Shown piece after piece: positions 1-9,700 of a DNA stretch of 52,595 bases (its first letter is position 1; every line of letters starts with the position of its first letter). This DNA is from Opitutia bacterium (GTDB lineage: Bacteria; Verrucomicrobiota; Verrucomicrobiia; Opitutales; Opitutaceae), in contig JANYBX010000415.1 in assembly GCA_025360615.1 (NCBI GenBank), positions 1-52,595 on the forward strand. Reading direction: 5' to 3'. The notes under the pieces are model-generated. The model ran no database searches, had not been told where the DNA came from, and saw only the letters and a program-made list of their open reading frames with translations. The translations under genes and the position numbers were made by a program.

Positions 1-588
1 ATCATCGCGATGAACTCCACCTACACCGAGCTGATGATCTTCACCACGAACATCCCCACGACGACCCGCATCTACTCGCTCTCGCAAAATCCCGCCTACC
101 GGAATCACGAGACGATCAAGGGCTACATGCAGTCGCCGCTACCCGACTACTATCTCGGCAGCGGCATGGCCACGCCACCCGTGCCGAACGTCGTTTACAT
201 CAACTCCTCCGGCACGATCCAGGCCGAGAACACCGCGTTCGGCGGCGGCGTCACGGTGGATACCAACAACACCGGCTTCACCGGTGCGGGCTTCCTGAAT
301 TTCCCGACGACCGGTGGCTACGCGGAATTTAGAAATCTGAACGGCGGCACGGGCGGCTCGAAAACGATCACCTTCCGCTACGCGAACGGCGCCTCGGCCG
401 GCGCCCGCACCGGACGCCTCCTCGTCAACGGCGTGGCGCAAAACATCACGTTCAACCCGAGCGGGAGCTGGACGACGTGGGCGAACCTCAGCGTCACCGT
501 GCCGTTCCTCACCGGCCCGACCAACACGGTCCGCCTCGAATCCACCGGCACCGATCTCGGCAACATCGACACGCTCACCGTGCCCTGA
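1..588 (+). CDS. 3' end of a secreted carbohydrate-active enzyme ending in a CBM6/CBM35-like binding module (5' end outside the window)
   Basis: Frame 1 is open from nt 1; track ORF 10..588 is the same frame. The last ~124 aa (nt 214-588: TIQAENTAFGGG..GFTGAGFLNFPTTGG..SWTTWANLSVTV..NIDTLTVP) are clearly homologous to the C-terminal modules of the CDSs ending at 41995 and 44209. Confidence 0.8.
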   Translation: MIAMNSTYTELMIFTTNIPTTTRIYSLSQNPAYRNHETIKGYMQSPLPDYYLGSGMATPPVPNVVYINSSGTIQAENTAFGGGVTVDTNNTGFTGAGFLNFPTTGGYAEFRNLNGGTGGSKTITFRYANGASAGARTGRLLVNGVAQNITFNPSGSWTTWANLSVTVPFLTGPTNTVRLESTGTDLGNIDTLTVP

Positions 589-619
589 TCACGATCCGAT
601 TCTTCAATTGATCCTACTC

Positions 620-644
620 AGGGCGGCCCACTCCGGGCCGCCCT
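620..644 (+). terminator. GC-rich perfect hairpin after the CBM-module gene (possible intrinsic terminator or stabilising stem)
   Basis: agggcggccc-actcc-gggccgccct gives a 10-bp perfect stem with a 5-nt loop. It begins 32 nt after the stop at 586-588 and ends 6 nt before the ATG at 651. No U-tract follows, so function is uncertain. Confidence 0.3.
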
Positions 645-650
645 GTCGTC

Positions 651-1841
651 ATGAAGCCCCATCCGCCCCTTCGCCCGTCCGTCAGCACGCTCGTCGCGGT
701 CCTCGCGGCGCTGTGCGCCGGACTGGTAATCGGCCGGCTCCACCCGCCCGGGGAAAAATCCCTCGCGCCCGCCCGGGATACTCGCCCGAGCATCGCCGGC
801 CATCGCGTCGACGTAAACTTGGGGACCGCGCCCGATTCCACCCCTGAACCGGGCGCGCCCTCTCCCACCGCCACTGGCGGCTGGGAGCAATTTCAAAACC
901 AACCGCCCAGCGCCGCGCGCGATGCCGCAGCCGCCGCGTGGCTCGCCCGCTACGCCGCGCGCGCGCCCGAGCAAGCCCTCGCGCTCGCGCTCGCCGAACC
1001 GCATCTCGCGCGTCGCTCTCTCTGGCGTTCGGCCGCCCTGCGCGGCTGGGCCGCGAGCGCACCCGAAGCCGTCGCCGCGTGGATCATCCGCCAGCCCGCG
1101 AGCGAAGATCGCGGACGCGACATCGCCGCGAGCTTCGCCGGTGCCGCCGCCAAACCGGCCGCCGCCTTCGCCCTCGCGCAACGCTACGCCGCCGCGTTTC
1201 CCGACCAAGCCACCGCGCACGGCGGCCTCCTGCTCACCGCGCTCGCCGAAGCCGGCGAATTCGCGAGCGCCGCGCAATTCGCCCGCACGGGCCACTCCGC
1301 GCAACGCGAAGTCTGGACTGCCCTCGCGTTTTCCCGCTGGAGCGAACAACAGCCCCAGGCCGCCACGCTCGCCGCCGACTCCCTCGTCGACCCCGCGCTC
1401 CGCGATCTCGCCTGGCGCGCCGCCGTCGTGAACTGGGCGCAAAATCAACCCGACTCGCTCGCCGACTACGCCGCTCGCCTGCCCTCCGGCGACACGCGCG
1501 CCTATGCGCTCGGCGAAGCCCTCCGCCTCTGGATCGAGCGCGATCTCCCCGCCGCCTCCCGCTGGCTCGATCAACGCGAGCCGAGTCCCGACACCGATCT
1601 GGCCGTCTCGTTGATCGCCACCCATCGCGCGCTCGCCGTGCGTCACCCCGATGTCGCCATCAGTTGGGCCGAAAGCATCGCCGATCCGATGCTGCGCTCG
1701 CGCACCCTCGCGCGCGTCGTCCAAGTCTGGACCGATTCCGATCCCGCGGCCGCCACCCGCTACGCGCGCGCGACCCCCGCCCTCACGCCCGCCGACCGCG
1801 AGGTCGCTCTCCCCGGCGAACACTTCACGCCCCATCCATGA
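651..1841 (+). CDS. membrane-anchored Ala/Trp-rich helical-repeat protein (W-x3-[DQ]P-x2-A type repeats), function unknown
   Basis: ATG at 651. N-terminal TM helix (VSTLVAVLAALCAGLVIG). Repeated motifs include RGWAASAPEAVAAWI, SRWSEQQPQAATL, VNWAQNQPDSLADY, RLWIERDLPAASRWL and VQVWTDSDPAAATRY. Paralogous to 46310..47324(-). Confidence 0.75.
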   Translation: MKPHPPLRPSVSTLVAVLAALCAGLVIGRLHPPGEKSLAPARDTRPSIAGHRVDVNLGTAPDSTPEPGAPSPTATGGWEQFQNQPPSAARDAAAAAWLARYAARAPEQALALALAEPHLARRSLWRSAALRGWAASAPEAVAAWIIRQPASEDRGRDIAASFAGAAAKPAAAFALAQRYAAAFPDQATAHGGLLLTALAEAGEFASAAQFARTGHSAQREVWTALAFSRWSEQQPQAATLAADSLVDPALRDLAWRAAVVNWAQNQPDSLADYAARLPSGDTRAYALGEALRLWIERDLPAASRWLDQREPSPDTDLAVSLIATHRALAVRHPDVAISWAESIADPMLRSRTLARVVQVWTDSDPAAATRYARATPALTPADREVALPGEHFTPHP

Positions 1842-2347
1842 CCGGCTTGAACTTGCTCAAGCTCGCGCTGCTGCTCGCCGTGTCGTGCGCCTCCGCGCGA
1901 GCGCACGACCCGCTCGACCTCACCGCGCAAGCCCGCCTCCTGCCCGAGGGGCTCGAACTTCGCCTCACCCTCGCATCGTCCACCGCCAGCCGCCTGCTCG
2001 CCGAGGGCAAACCCGCCGCTGCGATCTCGCCCGAACGCTTCACCCAGCTCCACGCGACGCTTCAGCTCCGCGCACCGAATTTTCTCACCGTCACCGCCGA
2101 CGGAAAAACGCTCGCTCCGAAAAGCGTCGCGACCGAGTTGAGCCAGGATGGGGATGTGAAAATTCTCCTCCAGTTCCCGCCATCGGCCGCGCGACATTTT
2201 CAATTCGATGCCGTCCTGCTCAAGACGCTGCCCGCGATTGGCTACACCGTGTTTCTCCTCGTGCGCGGGCCGCGCGACGATCAGGCCGTTCACGAACGCC
2301 TGACGCTCGAGAAACCGCGCTGCGAGATCGCCGCCTTCGCGCCCTGA
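1838..2347 (+). CDS. small secreted protein, unknown function (169 aa)
   Basis: The ATG at 1838 overlaps the upstream stop (ATGA at 1838-1841). Signal peptide MTGLNLLKLALLLAVSCASARA followed by HDPLD. It is the 3' part of the over-long track ORF 938..2347, whose upstream part is R-rich shadow sequence. Confidence 0.65.
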   Translation: MTGLNLLKLALLLAVSCASARAHDPLDLTAQARLLPEGLELRLTLASSTASRLLAEGKPAAAISPERFTQLHATLQLRAPNFLTVTADGKTLAPKSVATELSQDGDVKILLQFPPSAARHFQFDAVLLKTLPAIGYTVFLLVRGPRDDQAVHERLTLEKPRCEIAAFAP

Positions 2348-2452
2348 TCGACCGCTGCGCCGAAACCGGACGCATCGCAAAAAATCCGGCTCTCCTTCCC
2401 TTCCTCCGACTGGCGGTGGCGCCGAAATCGTGCTCTGTCTCGGCGAACCCCC

Positions 2453-3526
2453 ATGAATGCCGCACCCCATCCCGTTCCGTTTTTTCACCCTCCGTCCCGG
2501 AGCTTCGCGTTCGTCGCACGCGTCGGCCTGCTGGCACTTTTCGCCGTCGCCGGCCCAGCCAGTTTCGCCGCGCCGACGGATGATGTTTACCGACTCGGCC
2601 CCGATTCCGAGCCGCACCCCGGCGTGCCTCAGGGCAAAGTCAGCGAGTGGGCGAAACTGCCGAGCGCAGCCTATCCCGGCACGCTCCACGATTACTGCAC
2701 CTACGTCCCCGCCCAATACGACCCGGCGAAACCGGCCGCGCTCATGATCTTTCAAGACGGCCAGGCGTGGCTCCGTCTCACGGGCGACTACCGCGTGCCC
2801 CAGGTTTTCGACAACCTGATTTACCGCCGCGAAATGCCGGTGACGATCGCCGTCTTCATCAACCCCGGCCGCCAGCCCGGACAACCCGAGGCGAGCCAGT
2901 CCGATTGGGGCGACAAGTCCTCCAACCGCCCGCAGGAATACAACGCCCTCGACGACAAATACGCCCGCGTGATCATCGACGAGCTGCTGCCCTTGTTGAA
3001 CCAGCAATTCAACCTCTCCGCGAATCCCGACGATCGCGCGCTCGCCGGCGCCAGCTCCGGCGCGATCGCGGCGTTCACCGTCGCGTGGCACCGGCCCGAC
3101 CAATTCCGGAAAATCGTCAGCACGATCGGCAGCTTCGTGAACCTGCGCGGCGGCCACGTTTATCCCGATCTCATCCGGGGCGCGGAGCGGAAACCCATCC
3201 GGATTTTTCTCCAGGACGGCGTGAACGACAACCGCGGCCTTCGCGGCAACGACACCGCCGCCACCTACGATCCCCTGCGCGACTGGCATGCGCAAAACAT
3301 CAAGATGGTCGCGGCGCTCACCGAGAAAGGCTACGACGTGAACTACACGTGGGGCATCGGCACGCACTCCAGCAAGCAAGGCGGCGCGATTTTCCCCGAC
3401 ATGCTCCGCTGGCTCTGGCGCGACTACCCGCGCACCGACGACGCGAAGGATCAGGGCAACCGCACGCTCCTGGTGCCGGCCGGTGCGGCACCCGCGCCCG
3501 CCAGCGCGCCGGCCCCGGCCCGGTAA
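2453..3526 (+). CDS. secreted esterase (putative-esterase / enterochelin-esterase-like alpha/beta hydrolase)
   Basis: Signal-peptide-like N-terminus. GxSxG-type nucleophile elbow ([12 protein letters not shown]). Context [43 protein letters not shown] is typical of this esterase family. Confidence 0.85.
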   Translation: MNAAPHPVPFFHPPSRSFAFVARVGLLALFAVAGPASFAAPTDDVYRLGPDSEPHPGVPQGKVSEWAKLPSAAYPGTLHDYCTYVPAQYDPAKPAALMIFQDGQAWLRLTGDYRVPQVFDNLIYRREMPVTIAVFINPGRQPGQPEASQSDWGDKSSNRPQEYNALDDKYARVIIDELLPLLNQQFNLSANPDDRALAGASSGAIAAFTVAWHRPDQFRKIVSTIGSFVNLRGGHVYPDLIRGAERKPIRIFLQDGVNDNRGLRGNDTAATYDPLRDWHAQNIKMVAALTEKGYDVNYTWGIGTHSSKQGGAIFPDMLRWLWRDYPRTDDAKDQGNRTLLVPAGAAPAPASAPAPAR

Positions 3527-3533
3527 TCCGGCG

Positions 3534-4631
3534 CTACGGCACCCGGGTCGGCGAAGGCGGCCGGGCGGCGACGACGAGATCGGGCGCCTTCGCGATGCAC
3601 TCGCTGCGGACCAGTTGCCCCGACTCCTTGATCTCAGCCAGCGGCCAGCCGCCGCGCGCACTCGCCCCGGCCACCAAGGCAGCCGACGACTCCGCGAGAT
3701 CCGCGACCGACCAGTTGGCGTGGCTGATTTTATTCCGGTCGAGAAAATCCCACCACGTTCTCGTCTCGGCCGCATTCACCGTGCCTTTGCCGCTGGCGTC
3801 CGTGGTGCCATATTCGCTGGCGAAGAGCGCGGCTCCCTGGTCGAGCGCGGCCTGTGCCTTGCCGCGCAACGACTGCTTGTGGGTGTTGGCGTAGAAATGG
3901 AGCGCGTAGACGATGTTCGTTCCGGGAATGGGATCGGCGGCGGCCTCCGCCACTTCCTGCGACCAATTGCGCGTGCCGCAGATGATGATGCTGTCGGGCG
4001 CGTGCTGCCGGATGGCGGACACCACCGCCTGATGGTAAGGCTTGATGACGCCGCCCCATGAAACCCGCAGGGGCTCGTTCCAAGTTTCGAAGAGGACGTT
4101 GGGCGCGTTGCCGTAGCGCTCCGCCATCCCGGCGAAAAACGCCCGCGCCTCAGCCTCGTGCTCACTCGCCGTGTGGTCGTGCCAGTCGATGATGACGTAG
4201 ATCCCCAGCTCAATCGCCGCATCGACGACGGCGGCGACGCGCTTTTTTTCGGCGGCGGGATCGACGAGGTAGCCGTCGGTCGTTCCGTTCACCCCCATGG
4301 CGGCGCGGATCACCGTGATTTTCCAATCATCGCGAAGCCAGCGCACCGTGTCCGCATTCCAATATTTCGGCATCCACTGGCTCCAATAAAGCGACATGCC
4401 CCGCAACTGCACGGCGGCACCCGACTGGTCCACGATGCGGTTTCCCTCCACGCGAAGCCTCCCGTATTTCTGGACGACGGTCTGCGTTTGCGCGAAACCC
4501 GGAGTCGCGAAAAACGCCAGCACGACGAACCACCACGGCCCGGATAATTTTTTCCGCAACGCATTCGCCGAGGGAGCGAGCGCCCTGGAGCCAGCTAAAA
4601 ACGCGGACGGAGCGGCGGTGAGGTTGGGCAT
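3534..4631 (-). CDS. glycoside hydrolase family 5 endoglucanase (cellulase-like)
   Basis: LRGMSLYWSQW..IIDWHDH..LFETWNEPL (acid/base Glu in NEP)..ALHFYA..FASEYGT (nucleophile Glu)..ANWS; classic GH5 signature order. ATG at 4631. Confidence 0.9.
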   Translation of the reverse strand: MPNLTAAPSAFLAGSRALAPSANALRKKLSGPWWFVVLAFFATPGFAQTQTVVQKYGRLRVEGNRIVDQSGAAVQLRGMSLYWSQWMPKYWNADTVRWLRDDWKITVIRAAMGVNGTTDGYLVDPAAEKKRVAAVVDAAIELGIYVIIDWHDHTASEHEAEARAFFAGMAERYGNAPNVLFETWNEPLRVSWGGVIKPYHQAVVSAIRQHAPDSIIICGTRNWSQEVAEAAADPIPGTNIVYALHFYANTHKQSLRGKAQAALDQGAALFASEYGTTDASGKGTVNAAETRTWWDFLDRNKISHANWSVADLAESSAALVAGASARGGWPLAEIKESGQLVRSECIAKAPDLVVAARPPSPTRVP

Positions 4632-4662
4632 ATTTCAGGGGGAATGATGGCGCGCGGGCGCC

Positions 4663-5595
4663 TCACTCCTTGCCCGCCGCGGGCACGGGGCGCACCCGCT
4701 TCACGTCAAGGTTCGCAGTGAGATCCTCGTCCGTGACCGTGGAAACGACGCCGCCGGGCGGAACCTCCACGCCGGCGACCCACAGGATCGCGTTGAGCAC
4801 GAGCTTGCGCTGGCTGTCGTCTTTCCAGTTGAGATGAAAATGCCCGCCGGTGAAACCGAACCCGCGGCCGTTTCCGGGTCGCTCCGAAACCCACATGAGG
4901 GTCTGTGGCGTGCCCTTCGCCACCGCGGCGCGGGCGGCGGGATTGCCCTCGTGCGGCCCATCCGGGCGGCTCATCGCCGTGGCGGGTGGCACGGCCGTGA
5001 GAATCGGCGTCACGCCTTTCATGTCGTCGCGAAACCTCAGGTTGAAATACCATTCGTCGCTCGTGGAAAAGGGTTTCACGCCGCGCGTCACGGCATGTTC
5101 GGGAAACGCGGCGAAGTCGGCCTTCCAGTGTGGGTTGACCGAAAGGTTGAGCTCGAATGCGCCGCCCACCCAATCGATGAACTCCTGCTGGCCTTTCGGG
5201 ATCGTGGGCTCGACCGCGTAGTGAATCAGCCCCAGCCCTACGCCGCGCTGCATCAGCCGGTCCAAGACCGCGAGGTGATCCTGCACCAGCGCGGGATGTC
5301 CGCCGCCGCCATCGCTGTAGATGATGATGGCGTCGGCTCCGTCGAGGGCCGCGTTGTCGTCCGCGCGCACCCCGTCCCGCAGGACGGAAGGCCAGCCGTT
5401 GTCGTAAACCCGCGTCGTCACGCCGGGGAAATCCGCGAGGCATTTCTGCAACAGCATCGAGCCGGCGCGATGCTCGTGCTGCAGCGGGCCGTGGCTGGCG
5501 CGGCCGGCGATGAAGACGATTTTCTTCGGGGCCTCCGCCGCCGAAACCGCGGCGAGCGCACCGGCGAACCAGAGGAGCAATGGGATGAGTTTCAT
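4663..5595 (-). CDS. ThuA-like domain protein, secreted
   Basis: Signal peptide MKLIPLLLWFAGALAAVSA. KKIVFIAGRASHGPLQHEH..IIIYSDGGGGHP..HYAVEP..DWVGGAFE..DEWYF is characteristic of the PVC-type ThuA (trehalose-utilisation-like) domain. Confidence 0.85.
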   Translation of the reverse strand: MKLIPLLLWFAGALAAVSAAEAPKKIVFIAGRASHGPLQHEHRAGSMLLQKCLADFPGVTTRVYDNGWPSVLRDGVRADDNAALDGADAIIIYSDGGGGHPALVQDHLAVLDRLMQRGVGLGLIHYAVEPTIPKGQQEFIDWVGGAFELNLSVNPHWKADFAAFPEHAVTRGVKPFSTSDEWYFNLRFRDDMKGVTPILTAVPPATAMSRPDGPHEGNPAARAAVAKGTPQTLMWVSERPGNGRGFGFTGGHFHLNWKDDSQRKLVLNAILWVAGVEVPPGGVVSTVTDEDLTANLDVKRVRPVPAAGKE

Positions 5596-5644
5596 GAGCG
5601 GGGAAAGGCAGGTTGAGTTTACCGGGGATCGCGGCCGCGCGCGC

Positions 5645-6490
5645 TCACTTCAGCGCCTTGCGTAAAAACGCGAGGCCGTTCACCGCGATGTCATCGCGCC
5701 TCGGCTCGATCTGGCGCCAGATGGCGGCGGCGCGGGCGATCACCTTCACGTCGGGCGTGAACGACTCGATGACGACATCGCCCCGGTAGCCGGCCGCCTT
5801 GAGCGCCTTCGCGATGCCCGGCCAGTCGGTGTGATCGCCGCCCGGCGTGCCCCGGTCGCTGCCGCAGGCATGGAAATGGCCGAGCTGCCGGCCCGCTTTC
5901 CGAATCGCCGCGGCGAGATCCTTTTCCTCGATGTTCATGTGGAAGGTGTCGAGGTGCAGCTTCACCGCCGGCGACCCGATCGCGGCGACGAGCTTCAGGC
6001 CCTGGTCGCACGTGTTGAGAAAATCGGTTTCAAAGCGGTTGAGCGGTTCGATGCAGATCGTGACTCCCTTCCGCTCCGCGTAGCGCGCGAGGGCCTTCAG
6101 ATTTCGCACGACTGCCGCCCATTCCTTTTTCCGCTGCGGCGCGGGCACGGCATCGGCCTTGCCGACCACCGAATAAACCGGGCCGATGACCGAGGGGCAG
6201 CCGAGCAACACCGCCTGGTCGATCAGGCCGCGAAGATAAATCATCGCGGTGCGCTGCTCGGCGGCCGTGCCGCGGAAATCGCGCCCGGGCCCCATCGCCG
6301 CGCAAATGCTGCCGATGGCAAGCCCGGCGCGGTCCGCAGCGGCCTTCACCTTGGCCGCATCGATGTGCCCCGGGGCTTCGAGGGCGATTTCCACCGTGTC
6401 GAAGCCCCAGCGGGAAAAGCGCGCGAAGAGTCGCGCGCTTTTCGTGGTGAACGGTGAGGCATAAAGAAACGTGTTGAGGCCAATTCTCAT
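5645..6490 (-). CDS. sugar phosphate isomerase/epimerase (xylose-isomerase-like TIM barrel, ketose 3-epimerase-like)
   Basis: Start reset to the ATG at 6490 (MRIGLNTFLY). IEPLNRFE..HLDTFHMNIEE..HFHACGSDRGTPG..DW metal-ligand pattern. The 50 extra N-terminal codons of track ORF 5645..6640 have no support. Confidence 0.85.
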   Translation of the reverse strand: MRIGLNTFLYASPFTTKSARLFARFSRWGFDTVEIALEAPGHIDAAKVKAAADRAGLAIGSICAAMGPGRDFRGTAAEQRTAMIYLRGLIDQAVLLGCPSVIGPVYSVVGKADAVPAPQRKKEWAAVVRNLKALARYAERKGVTICIEPLNRFETDFLNTCDQGLKLVAAIGSPAVKLHLDTFHMNIEEKDLAAAIRKAGRQLGHFHACGSDRGTPGGDHTDWPGIAKALKAAGYRGDVVIESFTPDVKVIARAAAIWRQIEPRRDDIAVNGLAFLRKALK

Positions 6491-6737
6491 GGGGCGTGAG
6501 GGGATGAGCGGGAGTGGGAAATTCCACCGAAGGAAAAATTGTCGAAACGGAAACTGGCTCCACCGCAGCCGGTTTGTCGAGTGCGCCGGGCCGCCCGCGG
6601 AATGATCCGCCGCCGGCAAAGAAACATCCATGCCAAACAAACCTTCTCATCTCGGCGCGATGGAGGTCCGACTCGAAGATCGCAATTTTAACCCGGACCG
6701 TTGTTTTCTCCCCACTCCTCTCCCCCAGACCCTCGCG

Positions 6738-9700
6738 ATGAAAATCCCCCGCTCCGTCTTGCTCGTCCTCCCGTTGTTGCTCGCCCTCTCGTCCGCCACG
6801 CGCGCAGCCCCACCCGCCGGACCCGCCGCGTGGTTTTTCGCCAACCCGGCATGGTTGCCCGCCGAGACGGTTGCGCTCGCCCCCGATGGCTCGCGCTTCG
6901 AAGCGACCACCGGCACCGCTGCGATCCTTTATCACGCCGGCCAAAACACGCCCGCGAAGCCGGCGCAGCTGCGCACCAACGCCTACCTCGGCGACTCCGT
7001 GCTGCGGATGGAATTCATGCTCACGGCTAACGCACAAGCCGGTCTCTACGTGGAGGGCCGCTATCGGATCCAGCTCGCCGCGCAGGGCCTGGGCGGCCTC
7101 GGCGCGATGGCGGAACCGACCGCAACCGACGCCCATCCCGCCGGCGAACCGCCGCTCGTAAATCCTCCCGGCAAACCCGGAACCTGGCAAATCCTCGAGG
7201 CGAAATTTCGCGCCCCGCGCTTCGACGAGGCGCGCAATAAAACCCAGGACGCGCTCCTGCTGGAAGTGAAGATCGACGGCCAGGTCGTGCAGGCCAACAC
7301 CGTGCCCACCGGTTGGTCGCGCGGAGCGGATTTCAACTGGCACGACGCCGGGGGCAACACCACGATCAGCGTCGAGCAGGGCAGTCTCGCGATTCGCGAT
7401 TTCTCGATTCGGCCGGCCGATTTCGGCGCCGTGCAGGTGCCGAAAACCAGCGGCCAGCCCAGCAACGCCGCCGCGCTCGTCGATTTCGTGAAACGCGGCG
7501 AGGAGACCTTCCGCGCCGTCGGCTGCATCGAGTGCCACGCCGTGCAGCGCGACGACGCCTCGCTGAAAACCGGCCCGAATCTTTTCGGCCTGTTCACCCT
7601 CGAGCCGCGCGACCGCGCGATCATCGCCGGCGAAGGCCACCGCTTCACGATCAAGGCCGACCGCGGTTACCTCCAACGCAGCGTGCGCACGCCGCTCGAA
7701 GAGGTGGCCATCGCCGAGCAGGGGCCGACCGTGGGCAAACCGTATCTGCCCGTCATGCCGGCCTACGCGCCCACCGTCGTTTCCGATCCGCAAATCGACG
7801 CCATCGCCTCCTATCTCGGCACGCTCAATGAGGTGGGAAACCAGGGCCCCGTGATTCGGCTGGTGAAGGAAACCGGCCCGGAAAACTACGATCCCATGAC
7901 GGATCGCCTCCAGTTGCTCATCGACCGCACCGTGCGCATCCAACGCGGGCCGATGGCCAATGTGTCCGGCCGCGCGATCCATGTGGGCCAGCCCAACGGG
8001 ATCAATTTCACCTTCGATCCCCGCGTGCTCGCCGTCGTGAAAATCTGGCAGGGCGGATTTCTCGACCTGTCCGGCGAACTGCTCAATCGCGGCGGCAATG
8101 GTTTCAAGATGGGCTTCGAGAGCCGCGAGATCGATCTCGGCACGACCGCCGTCCTGCTCGCCCCGCTCAACGCGCAGGGCGAACCCATCGACTTCAGTTT
8201 CAAGGATGCAAAATTTAAGGACGGCGACACGGTGCGCCAGTCGATCAACGATGCGCGCGACCACCTCGACCGCCTCGCCGCGGTCGACGCGCAGTTTCTC
8301 GGCTACGCCCGGGATTCGAAACAGCCGCTGGCCTCGCCCACCTTCAACTACCGCGTCGGGCGCAACGTCGTGGCCGTGCGCGCGGAATTCGCCGCCGATG
8401 GCGCGGTGAGCCTTTTCGTCGAGGGAAAATTCGCCACGCCGCAATCGTTCGCGATCAACGAGGGCGTGCTGGGCACCGTGAAAGTGTCGGTGGGCGAGCT
8501 GCGCGGCGGACGCTGGATTTTGCCGCCGGGAACTTACACGGGCGCGGTTGCGAAAGGCCGGCTCACGCTCGCGCAAAACGCGTGGCGGGCGAAGCCGTCT
8601 GCCTTCGACTACCGGCGCCAGCCGCTCGTCGTCGAGCCGTCGAAATCAACCCTGCCCGTCGGCTACCGCGCCGAGACGTATCTCGGGCCCAAGGATAGCT
8701 ACGGGCGCGACATGCTCTTCGAGGCGCTCGGCCTCGCCACCGCGCCGGACGGCACGCTCGTCGTCGCGACGCGCACCGCCGGCATCTGGCGGCTCGTGCA
8801 AGGCGAGTGGCGGCTCTTCGCCGAGGGCACGTTCGACAGCCTCGGCGTGCAAGTGGAGGACGAGCACGGGCTCCGCCTCGTCGTGGGGCAAAAAGCGGAA
8901 GTCACCCGCATCACCGACACAAACGGCGATGGACTCGCGGACACGTTTGAAACGATGACGGACGCGTTCAGCTACCACGGCAATTACCACGCCTACTTGC
9001 ACGGCCCCGTGCGCGACGCGGCGGGAAATTATTTCATCACGCTGAATCTCGACGACGCCAGCCAGGACGACGTCGGCTATCGCGCCGGCGGCAAATATAT
9101 GGGGACCACCGGTGGCTTTCGCGGCTGGGCCGCGCGCGTGCCCGCGCAAGGCGGATTCGAACCCTGGGCGAACGGCCTGCGCAGCCCCGCCGGCCTCGCC
9201 TTCGCGCCCGACGGCCGCCTGTGGTATGCGGAAAACCAGGGCGAATATGTCGGCACCTCGAAACTTTTTGTGCTGAAGCAAGGCGCGTTCTACGGACACC
9301 CCGCGGGCCTGATTGACCGCCCGGGCATGACACCCGCCTCCCCGGAAATCGCCTGGGGAAAAGTGCAGGATCAACGCGAGCGCGCCGTGATTTTGTTTCC
9401 ACAAAACCGGCTGGCCAACTCACCCGGCAATCCCGCCTGGGATACCACCGGCGGCCGCTTCGGCCCGTTTGCCGGGCAGATGCTGATCGGCGACCAGACG
9501 AAATCGAACCTGCTTCGCGTCGTGATCGAACGGGTCGGCGACCAGGAGCAAGGCGCGGTGATTCCCTTCGCGACCGATCTCGAGTCGGGCGTGATGCGGC
9601 CGCTGTTTCTGGCGGACGGCAGCCTGCTGCTCGGCCAAACCGGCCGCGGCTGGCAGGCGAAAGGCGGCCGAGTCGCCAGCCTGCAACACCTCGTGTGGGA

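Noticed and set aside
618-1835. 405-aa minus-strand ORF (and 682..1062, 950..1153)
   Set aside because: It is G/R/A-rich low-complexity sequence exactly antisense to the better-supported + strand repeat protein. This is a typical high-GC shadow ORF.
938-2347. 469-aa + ORF
   Set aside because: The first ~300 codons are R/P/A-rich and overlap CDS 651..1841 in another frame. Only the last 169 codons, from ATG 1838 with a signal peptide, look genuine.
1760-3775. 671-aa minus-strand ORF
   Set aside because: It runs antisense across three well-supported genes: the small secreted protein, the esterase and the GH5 3' end. It has no recognisable domains and an R/G-rich composition.
6030-8576. 848-aa minus-strand ORF
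   Set aside because: It is antisense to the epimerase 5' end and the DUF1080-cytochrome c gene, with no motifs and shadow-ORF composition. The same reasoning applies to 10462..11982(+), 30636..32102(-), 32099..33562(-), 34500..36053(-), 37576..38985(+), 38930..40204(+) and 39582..40979(-).
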